From: Owenia fusiformis
Lineage: Eukaryota
Direction of reading: 5' to 3'
Assembly (NCBI GenBank): GCA_903813345.2
Contig: CAIIXF020000001.1
Location: 7,440,001 to 7,504,000 of the forward strand
Length of the DNA stretch: 64,000 bases
Shown here piece by piece: positions 1-11,300 of this stretch. Numbering within the stretch: position 1 is the stretch's first letter; each line of letters begins with the position of its first letter. A program made the translations under genes and the position numbers. Under the pieces are notes generated by a model. The model saw only the letters and a program-made list of their open reading frames with translations. It made no database searches and had not been told where the DNA came from.

Positions 1-130
1 ATATAGCATTGTCACGGTCATATCAGGCTTTAACATTACCACGGTCATGACAGGCCTTGCAATATAATATAGCATTGTCACGGTTATACCAAGCTTTCAC
101 GATACCACGGTCATGGCAGGATCCTTGCGA
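1..130. repeat. Imperfect direct repeat, period about 67 bp (ATATAGCATTGTCACGGT...ACCACGGTCATG), cut by the window edge
   Basis: atatagcattgtcacggt occurs at 1 and 68; accacggtcatg occurs at 38 and 104. Confidence 0.6.
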
Positions 131-1135
131 AACTTAAAAACACTTAATAACATGGTGACGGTTGTGTTAGGCATAAGTCTTGCAATAGATAGCATGTGCA
201 AAGTTTTACCTCTTCTGAGATTCGGCATGATGTTTAGTTTAACATCTTCTTCTTCCTACCTATTTTCTTGAAGTGTATTGATAATTATACATCAGAAGTA
301 ACAAACTAATATATCAGAAATAACGAACTGGAAAAGCGGATTTCCTCTTTTTCATTTTTCTGAATTATGGAGGTGATAATTCCTGGTGGATATAATAGGG
401 ACTACACATTTATTTCGTTCAGAGTGCCATAACTGAGGAACGATTGCACTGAACGAACTATAATGCTTCCCAGGGTTCAATTGTTGCACATGCATAGTGA
501 GAATAAAAAGTGAAATGTCATTCATGAAGAAGAAAATGAATTTGGTCAATTTCCTCTCCTTTTGTTATCCATCAAAAGAATGTACGTGGAAAAGTTTTTC
601 TTGCAAAAACATGCTGATATCGTTCAATATGCACATTGTTCTCACTTTAATCATCAATTTTTCCCCCACAACTACCTGTGTTGGGGTTTAAAACATTTCC
701 ATTTTAGGACTTGTATTTTATACCTCGTCACTGAATTATCCATTGAGTGTTTTTTTCATTTTGCCTCAAGCTTCAATTTTTTCTTTATATGAGGTAAGTT
801 TGGCCAATTCAGGCCAATTCATTGTCATATCTCATCTACCTTTCTTCAAATCAAACTTTGAATGAATTTTGAAATTCAGGAGGTATTTAGACATTTTCTA
901 CAAAATCTGTTAGATCTCATATTCAACTTTATGACAGAAACATAGATTTTTATTATTGTGCCAAATGTGGATGAAGAGTATAGCAGGCTATATGTATCTT
1001 GCCTCTTTTTTGAACAGGTTTGGGAATATTTTTGCCTTGTCGCTTATTTCTTCCTGGCTATGCCACTGTGCAGTACTAGTAAATGTACTTTTTAGTATGT
1101 TTATTTTGTATTTTTCAGACAAACAAGGGATAATT

Positions 1136-2005
1136 ATGGCATCAAATACACAGGAAACTCAAGAGTCAAAGTCAGGGGAAAATGACAATGTGTCTAATAA
1201 ATCTAACAACTTTGACTCCATCGCCATTAGTGTAGATGACACAAAAGACAGTAGCGATGATGTCACTGATACATCAAGTATGTTGCGGAAGAAAAAACAG
1301 CGTCCAAAATCTGAGAGTGTTTTAGGTGATAACCGTGTCAATAAACAGTCAACTCTTAAACGTGCATCAGATGGAAACTGCGATGAAGATGCCCTTAACG
1401 AGAGTTTAGATTCAGCACGACGTAGGATTGTAACTATGACAGGGACCATTACAAGAGGGAACCAGATAGGACAGACAGTGGACGTTGAGCTGAAACTATC
1501 ACAAGATGAGCTCAGGAAATTAAACCAAAGTTTTGACAGTGAGGATGATGATCCAAATCCTGATTGCGTTTGGGGGCCAAAAAAGGGACTTCATATTTTT
1601 CTATTCACGTTATTGGTCATCCCTGTAGCACTTGTGTTATCATTTTGTGTGGCTTTCTATATGGGGATCATGATGTGGTATAACATGTTCATATACTTCA
1701 GTGAAGAAAGAACAATCTGGCATAAGATATTCATATGTCCTTTACTTATATTATTCTTGCCATTTCTTATTGTTCTAGTCTCACTTGGGATAGGCTTATA
1801 TGCCTGCATTATACAAATCTCATGGTGGTTCCGCAGCTGGAAGCGGGAAATTCGTGACTACGAAAAGGGATTTTATGGTTGGATCTGTAACAAGCTAGAC
1901 ATTGCAGAATGTTCGCCATATGAAGTTGTAATCCTGGATGAATCTCAACTTGATTTACAGACTCCTCTACAGCAAACTGAAGCTACTGCTCAATCTGCAG
2001 TCTAA
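1136..2005 (+). CDS. TMEM169: Transmembrane protein 169, single coding exon, about 289 aa
   Basis: True ATG is at 1136, just after the acceptor tttttcag (1118); a candidate 5'UTR intron runs 794-1118 (GAG|GTAAGT donor). The protein has an acidic N-terminus, the motif VTMTGTITRG..GQTVDV, two hydrophobic segments, YFSEERT.WHK...CP and D.EKGFYGW.C.KL...ECSPY.VV, matching TMEM169 as I recall it. Confidence 0.9.
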   Translation: MASNTQETQESKSGENDNVSNKSNNFDSIAISVDDTKDSSDDVTDTSSMLRKKKQRPKSESVLGDNRVNKQSTLKRASDGNCDEDALNESLDSARRRIVTMTGTITRGNQIGQTVDVELKLSQDELRKLNQSFDSEDDDPNPDCVWGPKKGLHIFLFTLLVIPVALVLSFCVAFYMGIMMWYNMFIYFSEERTIWHKIFICPLLILFLPFLIVLVSLGIGLYACIIQISWWFRSWKREIRDYEKGFYGWICNKLDIAECSPYEVVILDESQLDLQTPLQQTEATAQSAV

Positions 2006-3185
2006 CTGAAACTTGACTTCATAAGCTTTAATTTTTAGTATTACATACCTATCAAAGCATTTGTATGGGAACGAAAAGTTGCGGTTATATAGGCCCATGT
2101 AGCCGCTTTCATTATTACCATGACAACATCATGACATCATTTTTCATTTCTTCCAAATTCTACTTGCACAGAGAAGTGCGACGTCTTTGATACAAAGTAG
2201 CTATGGAAATGACTTAAAATATGCCCAAATATGGGGCCTCCCACGATCAGGCTATATTGGCAAAACTCAGGCATATTTCATGTCAGTGATAAAACCTCTA
2301 AATATTGCCCAATGATCTCCTTGTTTTTCCTTAATCTCGACAAAGTGCAAACTATTTTGGTCAAAGTATGTCAGTAAAGTGGAAACTGCAAACAGCAGGG
2401 TGGCAAGCTAAAGTATCAAGGGGATGAAGCACCATTGCTTGGGAAACAATTGTTTTCTTTGCATGAATAGTGGTACACAATACTCATTTTTATTAATATG
2501 AATTATCAAGATATTATGAATGGGTCCAATGTATTAAAAGTACACTGTACTTCACACTCAAGTAATGTTCCTGCTTGCTCCATTTATATTTGCTGCACAT
2601 TTGTATTTTGTATGTATTCTTAAAACATGAACATATAAACATTGGTGCTTTAAAGTTCAACTTAGTTGCCTTGTATGTATTTTAAATATAGTATGTAAAA
2701 TGTAGAACATGTATTTTTCTAATATTGCTTTAGATTTTGGACCTAGCATTAGATTTTATATGTACTTTTTGCAATGTTTGATAATATGCATTATTTCATT
2801 GTTTGTATCTACATCTATAAATATTTATATTGATGCCATAATTTAATATTGGATGTACAATACTCAACATATTTGTGTGAAGTATGATTTATCATAAGTT
2901 GCTCAGAATAATCTCAATAACCATGCAGACTAGTTTTCTGCACAAAAATGCTATATTGTCCAAGCTGGTACCGAAAATAGGAAATTCTACATGCCTTTGT
3001 GGCTATTTTTTGGACAATTCTCCCAAATGTAGAACAGGTGCATGATATCCAAGTTAATTTTCGGAGGCACATAAGATATGGCATAAGAAATCTCAGCCGT
3101 TTACTTGTAGCAAGGCAGAGATTGTTTGTGTATCTGAATGGATCTGGCACAGAAAAAGGAAAACTGATATGACTTCTATTACTGT

Positions 3186-3300
3186 AAGCTGAGGCCCAGG
3201 AATATGTCCGCTAGTGTACTGAGTTGTTTACTAACTTACATGTATAAGAGTAAGACTGCTCTTTTTTATTAATGACAGTATACCTGGGCCTCAGACTGTA
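3186..3300. mobile_element. Short MITE-like element with about 20-bp inverted ends
   Basis: ctgaggcccaggaatatgtc (about 3189) pairs with gacagtatacctgggcctcag (about 3274-3294). Confidence 0.5.
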
Positions 3301-5000
3301 AGGCCCGTCAAATTGAAGTATTACCCAAGAGGGGGGGGGGATTTTTCCGTATTGTTGGGTTGAAATTTAGAGCTCTCTGGTACATTCTGAGCATATCTGA
3401 GAGCCAAATCTTTAAAAAGAATTCTTGAAAAGGGGACAGTCCCCAACACCCTCCAATTCGGATCGTTATTATATAATTCAAGATTATTTTTGCAAATATA
3501 TTTCTATGTACATGCTGCATGCAATTTGGTATAATCTGTAATAAGGAAGCCATTAAAAGACTGATGTTCTGTTTCTGAACTAAGTTATGCCTTTGGTTGT
3601 ACCTACCTCTTATTTTTAAAAAACATTGAATTGACCACATATTGTCGGATCTATAGTATAGTCTTTGTAAAATACGAGACAAGGACTTTTTGATCCATTA
3701 TTTGGATATCATAAAAAATGTCAATGAAAATGGAATGTTAGGGTTGCTGCTGCAAATAAGTGATTCTTATTGAATAAAAAAATGTCATTTAGAAACTTGA
3801 AACTGAAAATCTTAATCATTGTTTACATTTCTGATTCATCATTTATCTTTTGATAGCTCTTTTACTGAGAAACTCTACAACTTTATTTTAATGATTTTTA
3901 CCATGTATTCTACCTAATCCTACTTTTGTAAGCTTTACTTTTCTAGATACAATGGCTCAAAAGTGTATTCACCAAAAACACTGTACTGTTGTTCAAAGTA
4001 TATACATGTAGAACCAAACATATGATGTGGATGTTGCCGATTTTATCATTGCTTTTTAAAATATAATGGAATGTGAACGTATATTTATGGATTGTTTGTT
4101 GAGGCTGTTTACATTCTGTAGTTTTTACAACCAGTGATTTATTTAAGATTTTAAGTACTGAACGCAAAAAATATCACAAATGGATTGTCCCATCCTTTAA
4201 CCAAGACCAAAGGTTGCCTTCACTCTGAAATGTTTGGTGATGCCAAAAAAAATTATGTGATTTAATTGCGCAAATTCTCATTTTCTCCTTGGTTATGGAG
4301 CATAGATAAATATCTTTTTATGACAGACTTTGAGCAATATACCAGATACAATGATACATTCATATCCTGCATCAGTTACATTCTGATCATATCAATATGA
4401 GACCTGGGTTACAACTGGATCCTGGGATTTGTTGAATAAACCCAGCTGTAGTAAGTTATGATTTGTTTTTCGACTAGCTGGAATAGCAAAGATTTAATCC
4501 AAAGGCAAGAAGTTAATATTCCAATGTAAACTGTTTCATCAATAACATGTATTTTGCATTGCCTACATTGTGACTTTTAAATTATATTCAAATCAAAAAT
4601 GAAATGAAATGAAAAAAGATATGATTTCTACAAAAGCAATGCATAAAACCTTTATTTCTATTTAAAATGACAATGTATTCAATGACTTTATATATTAAAT
4701 CAGTTACAATTCGAACCTGAGGACAGGTTACACTAATTTCTTGCAAAGCTGCCTCCATCCAGTTACAAGCTTGCTACAGTTGAAATCCCAAATCCAAATG
4801 TTCACAACAAAAAGTAGTTTAATTCAATGAAATCTATTGATTGATATGATGAAGATTGATATCGACACTTTTATTTTGAAAGAGAAGGTTGCAAATGTAT
4901 GTTGATCTACTATAGACATCTATTCTGATTGCATTGAACTAATAACAAATGAACCAAACTCATGATGACAGTTTCATTCTGGGAAAAAGTTGAATGTCAT

Positions 5001-5168
5001 TCGATCAACTTGAGTTCTGAGAAAATGAGGATTTCAGCAAGGGTGCATTGACTTTACATGACATACCTGATGGCATCCCCATGCTAAGTCAATGATCAAT
5101 GGTGTACCCATGTTGAGTCAATGCACCCTTGCTAGAATCCTCATTTTCTCAGAACTCAGGTTGATTGA
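5001..5168. mobile_element. 168-bp fold-back element (MITE-like) with arms of about 58 bp
   Basis: tcaacttgagttctgagaaaatgaggatttcagcaagggtgcattgact is the near-exact reverse complement of agtcaatgcacccttgctagaatcctcattttctcagaactcaggttga. Confidence 0.75.
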
Positions 5169-6003
5169 GTCTCAACAAGTAGATTCATGTGGGATAGTAT
5201 TGCTCGAATCCATTTTCAAAAGCAAAAATAGGGGTTCTTAAACAGGACATTAGGTTTGCTTTTCGGAACTTTTTGTTGGTACTATTGGGTTTGTTGCCCT
5301 ATTTGATAGTATGATGACCTATGTTTGGATATCTTGTTTAACCTCAGGTGTATTTCCAATAATAGTCTATAATCACTGCTGAACAGTAAAATAACTGGAA
5401 TATAAGAAAATGCAAAATATCTGATTCATTCTTTGTCAAATTACAAACAAATATTTCAATTATAATTTGTTTAGTAAACAATTTATTATAAATTATGATA
5501 TGTATAATTCATCATGTTTTTAGCATGATCATATTTATCAGCATTATAAAACAGCATACACTAATAGTATACAGGTACCCTTAAGTTGATTACCCATTCC
5601 CAAATACTTGTACATGTACAATGCAACTTTAAAAATAAAAAATATTCTATAAGCTTTAATTGGGACTTTGAGTACTTATTATTCCAGTGGAATGTGTAAA
5701 TTGATGAACAACATGTGCAAATTCGAAGTGTGCTATCACATTACTTGATAATGTAGACAGTACATACTACCATTATATCACAACATCTGTACAATACTGA
5801 GCCACATGGGTGGTATTCATGCCCTGATGATACTATGAGCAACTCATGGATTGATTGGGATGTTGTTACGACAAATGCAGATGCAGCATTGGCAGATTTC
5901 AATGATATAATGGCATTGCATTATTCTTTACGAATCACATGTTCTCGTTACATGAATATCACAATTTGAAACTTATACTGTAGTCTGAACACATGAGTAT
6001 GAA

Positions 6004-6092
6004 TAGTCTTGACTCAAGCCCTGATGACCCTGGTTTAAATTTCATCGCAAGGTAAGATGGATAGGGGGGTCCTCGGACTTGATGCAAGAGTA
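6004..6092. mobile_element. Mini element with TAGTCTTG-type inverted termini and a 4-bp TSD (TGAA); Academ-like non-autonomous
   Basis: tgaa|tagtcttgactcaag...cttgatgcaagagta|tgaa. Related copies lie at 22697-22820 and 47050-47151. Confidence 0.55.
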
Positions 6093-6377
6093 TGAATTGC
6101 AAAAATGACAATTAACTATTATTAGAAATCTGAGAGAAAGTACAAAGTTTTAAAATAATTGTACTCTTAAATCTTATAGTCATAGATAATCATTTACTTA
6201 AACAGTGAACTGTATATAATATTTATTTTTACTTATTCATGAGTGTAAATTCTTTGTTATAATAAAATATCACATTAAAAATATCTAACAAATGGAAAAC
6301 AATATGCCAAAAACCATACAGAGCACTACATACTGTATATTGCCTATTTGGAATCCTGTAATTTAACTAAAATGTGC

Positions 6378-6897
6378 CAGTACTAGTTTAATATCTAAAT
6401 ACATTCTCTGCTGGTTTAATATCTCAATACATTCTAGTACTGGTTGAATATCTCAATACATTCTAGTACTGGTTTAATATCTCAACACATTCTAGTACTG
6501 GTTTAATATCTCAATACATTCTAGTACTGGTTTAATATCTCAATACATTCTAGTACTGGTTTAATATCTCAATACATTCAAGTACTGGTTGAATATCTCA
6601 ATACATTCTAGTACTGGTTTAATATCTCAATACATTCAAGTACTAGTTTAATATCTCAATACATTCTAGTACTGGTTTAATATCTCAATACATTCAAGTA
6701 CTGGTTTAATATCTCAATACATTCAAGTACTGGTTGAATATCTCAATACATTCTAGTACTGGTTTAATATCTCAATACATTCTAGTACTGGTTTAATATC
6801 TCAATACATTCAAGTACTGGTTTAATATCTCAATACATTCAAGTACTGGTTGAATATCTCAATACATTCTAGTACTGGTTTAATATCTCAATACACT
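6378..6897. repeat. Minisatellite, 29-bp unit TTCTAGTACTGGTTTAATATCTCAATACA, about 18 copies
   Basis: Head-to-tail near-identical units with no spacers; recurrent variants are TTCAAG and GGTTGAAT. Confidence 0.97.
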
Positions 6898-7570
6898 TTG
6901 GAATGTTAGAATGGAATTTGGCAATCATATTAAAACCCAAATTGCCATATCCAAAAAACCATCTAATCACTGCAAATCTGCTGACCTACTCCTATGCATA
7001 ATAATATTATATTTGTAGATCTGCATATTTATGATTTAACAAATGGACATTAGTAGGTAAATAGTATAAGCATTAGCAAAATATTAGTATAAATATATGC
7101 TTTATACAACTGTATAAATAAATATGCAACTAACTAAAAGTTGAGATTGTCCTTGACTGCTGTTTTATGCCTACCTATGCCCTGGGACCCATTGCAAAAT
7201 TTTTCCTATCAGGATGTGGCCACAAGTGCTGGCCTGTTGGATAATATTCAGCAGATTTTTATACTGACGAGCTGAATATTTGTTTTTTAAATTTGGTTAC
7301 ATTTTGAAGGATTAACTGAAAATGTAACAACTTTAAAGACAGTCAAAAATTATTTTAAGTGTGAAAAGAAAGAAACACTTTCTCCAAATATGTTAAGCTG
7401 GATCCTTACGGAAAATTTTTCAATGAATACTATTGATATATGCACTGATATACCATTTATGGGTATCTAGTGCCGACCCTTTGAATTATGATAGACAATT
7501 ATAGTAAATAAATAATAAATTCAATGCAGCGTTTCTGAAATGGGTCCCAGATCTACATTGAGGTTTGTTG

Positions 7571-8301
7571 TCAATAAAAGCCAGGATTTGTGTGCTCTAT
7601 GATACATTTTTTACAATGTTTTTTCACTGCTTTATAAGCATCTACAGTAACATGACAGTCCTGTATGTTCAACTGCTGTAAACCTTTGCAGGTTTTAGCA
7701 ATGGCTAAGATTCCATCGTTTGTTATGGCATCGCATGATTTCAAACTGAGTTTCCTCAAATGACTGCAGAAGTTTGCTAGTATATGTAGTCCTTCATCTG
7801 TAATGTCACATTTGCCGACATCGAGAGATTTTAATCTTGTACAATTCTGAGCAAGTAAATCAAGGCTATCATCCGATACAGCTTCGCAACCACGTACATT
7901 CAAATAACGCAGCTTTTTGCAATGTTTTGCGATATATTTTATGCCAACGTCTGAGACTTTATCACATTTAGCCACACTGAGATACCTGAGGTTATTCTCC
8001 AACTTTGAGAGTTCCCTCATTCCAAAGTCAGTAATTTTCCTGCAATCACTCACACTGAATTCACGGAGATTTGAACAATAACTAGCGACATATTGAATTC
8101 CTAAATCTGTGATGCGAACACAACGTCGTAAATATAAATGCTGTATTTTAGTGCAATGTGATGCTATGATTTGCAATCCAGCATCTTCAAGGTCATAACA
8201 GTCTGTCATATCAAGATGGCGTAGGAAGATCTGGCGGCCATTTTGTGTTGTTTGCATTGCAGCTTCAGGAGTAAGGCTGATACATGTGATACTACTGCAC
8301 C
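7571..8301 (-). CDS. FBXL7: FBXL7 last coding exon (LRR array to stop)
   Basis: Acceptor taatttcag|GG at 8302; encodes GCSSITCISLT...LRHLDMTDC...IIEHTNPGFY*. Confidence 0.95.
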
Positions 8302-11300
8302 CTGAAATTAAAATAATACAAATTTTAAGTGTACTGATAAATAATAGAACTTCCAAACATATGAAGAAACGGTTCACTTGGAATATTCCTATATATGTAT
8401 TGCACATGGTGAATAATATTGTATCTCAGAATGAAAATGAGCACCTCAAAATTTATCCAGAATGTCAGAAAAATAATCAGTTTTACATTTTTAAACCATG
8501 ACATTGCAAATCAATCTATCAAGCGGTTTGTCTGAAAATGCACAGACAATAAACTGATAAAAGAAAGACAACACCCGCCACTTTTTCCAATTAACCACTT
8601 GCAAGTAAAGAGCATGAACGCTAAGACATAATCAGTATAATGTGCAGCGTATAAAACTTACCTTGGAGATTGAGATATTCCAGGTTGACACACCTGGACA
8701 CCACTTCAAATATTGCCCTATTGCTAATTGTGGTGCAGCCCTGGAGCTCCAGATGCCTCAGTTCAACACAACGTTTGGCGATATAGTGTAGTCCCTTATC
8801 TGTTAATTTATCACAGCCATTGAGCACAATCTTTTCTACCATGACACACACTGTTGGTGTATCATAGCTCAGTCTTTTAGTGAGCGATCTTAGAGCTTTA
8901 TCTATTGGTAGCTCAACATTTGATAGCTTTATTGTTTTCCATAAAGATGGCTCCCATGCCAGGTTATACCAGCGTCTATTGACTAAAGAGCATCTGCTTA
9001 GTTCATCTGAAGACAAATTGGCAAATATTTTGACTATAACATCATCAGGTAAGCGATCAAATTGTGAATGCCTACTGCGTTTTTTCTTTACACCTGACCT
9101 GATCATTCTCTCAGTGTCCTCCAGGTCTGCATCGTAAATATCACCATATTGGGCTGAATGAATGTCAGGGTAAACCACTTGTGTGGCGTAGGGGGTTGCG
9201 TAGGCAGGAGGCTCATGGTAGCCATGATTCTTGCTATTTGATGCCTGCCCTACACGAGGGTCAAGTCTATATTGCTGCGGGGCTCGTTCATGATGACTGT
9301 TATCATATATATAATATTCATGTCCTTGGTCTGTATATTCAACATAATCATGCTGAGCATGAGCCTCTCTTTCTGCTCGATCTCGCTCACGACGATGCTT
9401 CTGAGATTTCCCGGCTGAGATTTTAGCGTAATCTGGTGTATATTCCTCTGGAGGTTCCTGGTCTTGGAATGATGTCAGAGGGGGGTAGGAGGGGGGTGCA
9501 TCAGAAACAACACCTGAACTAGAGTCGTGATAAGACTGGTCTAATGTCTGGATACCATCTGAAAATACAGGGAAATAAGCATTTAGAAATATTCCTCATT
9601 ACCATGGAGTTACCTGTAAAACCTGTAAAGTGGAACATCTCTACATCCCCAAAATGCAATCTGATTTTCGACGCCGTTTCGGGTCATTTCGGCACCAAAT
9701 GGACTGACTAGTCCGGCGCCAAATTTTGGTGTCGGAACAGCGCCGTTTTTTTCGATGTCGAATCGACACCAAATTATATTGGCTGTGTAATAGGAACCCA
9801 TCCAGAAGTAGGACACTTTTGAATTGAAAAGCTGCAAACTTGTTATTGTTTGTCATTCCCAGTAGTTTTTATTTTATGTCATAGTAAAGAATCATAAAAT
9901 AAACAGGGAGAGAGTCAGTGATAAATGGCTCATTCTGAGGCTTTGCCTTTTAACCTAGTTTAATAACTATAATGTGATATTTGAAGTTTCAATTTTCTAA
10001 TCGATAGAAATGCTAAACATATATTGAACAGCATAATATAACTGCACTTAACATTCAACTTTCTCAAAAAGAATTTAAAAAAAAAAGTTCATTGGCATTT
10101 TCTTTTTATTGTGTCACACATACAGGAAAAATAACAAGTTAAATAAGCAAATAAAGATAGAAAGAACGATAATTGCAACTTCATCTCCAAGTGTTTATTG
10201 TTGAAATAGCACAATTGGTTTTGTCTGTATTTACATTAGCCTAGATTCAACTTCTCTATGACGTAGAAACACTTTTTCAATGTTGCCCTCGGGCATACAA
10301 ACTGTATGAAGACACAGTATATTAGAACTTATCTACTACCCCCTGAAAATGATAAATAAAAAGATTGAATAAAAGTATAAACATAGATTGAATTCTAATT
10401 GAGAATTTTGCTTAACATCGCTTTTTTACAATCTAGTATATTACAGGTGGTATAAAACATTATACAATAGGTCACAGGTGTTACTTTATCAAGTTTTTAT
10501 TCCAAGCATTGTCAAAAATTGTGTTTTATGTATATAACAAGAAGCCTATGAATGATTACTAAAGCTTAGCTTAGACAGTGAACCATATTAAGGAGCACAG
10601 GACTATTTGAACAAAGCTTTCTGCCTTTTACATTACAGAATAAAGAAATCCCACTATGCAAGTTAAGAATGAAAATGTTCCTATAAGCCCATTGAGAATT
10701 TCTATTCATTACTGTTCAACAATGTTTGCTTGTAACTGGGAGTGTTTGACTTGGAGCACACTCTCGGACACTGAGATATTTCTCTCTCATTCAGCCCTTG
10801 GTTCAATCTCCATTACTAGTCTATAAAGAGTCAATTTCCTTGCCGAACCCAAACAAAATATCATAAAATTTCTTTTCAAAAAGATAAACCTTGGAATCAT
10901 AAAAAAGATTTGAACTTACATCAAGATCAAAGTAAAATACAATGCAAAATTTGTAGTTTCCAAATAAATATGTAGCAATGTGAATGTTCAACAGTAATCG
11001 ATAAGAGATTTTGGTTAGGCAATATTTAGTTACAATACATACATGACCCTGAGGGATATATTATTACATATCCATCAACCAATAAAGACCAATACTTGAC
11101 CTTGTTGGAGGTTCGGCCATTTAGAGAAAATATTATGATATCTAACTGTGATGTCATCTTGAGAAAAAATCCTGGGGAGAACTCTGATATATCATAAGTT
11201 TGTGAATCTGGTAAAAATTAAAATTTTGTATCTTTTTCAAAACACTCCTATGTTTATGATTAATCACGCTAGAAGAGTCTAGTCATCCAGACTAATCTTG

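Noticed and set aside
956-1135. N-terminal 60 aa of the 349-aa ORF as part of TMEM169
   Set aside because: It starts at TTG and runs through a polypyrimidine tract and acceptor (1118); this is intron and UTR sequence.
6378-6897. 29-bp repeat array as a CRISPR array
   Set aside because: Units are contiguous with no unique spacers, there are no cas genes, and the context is eukaryotic.
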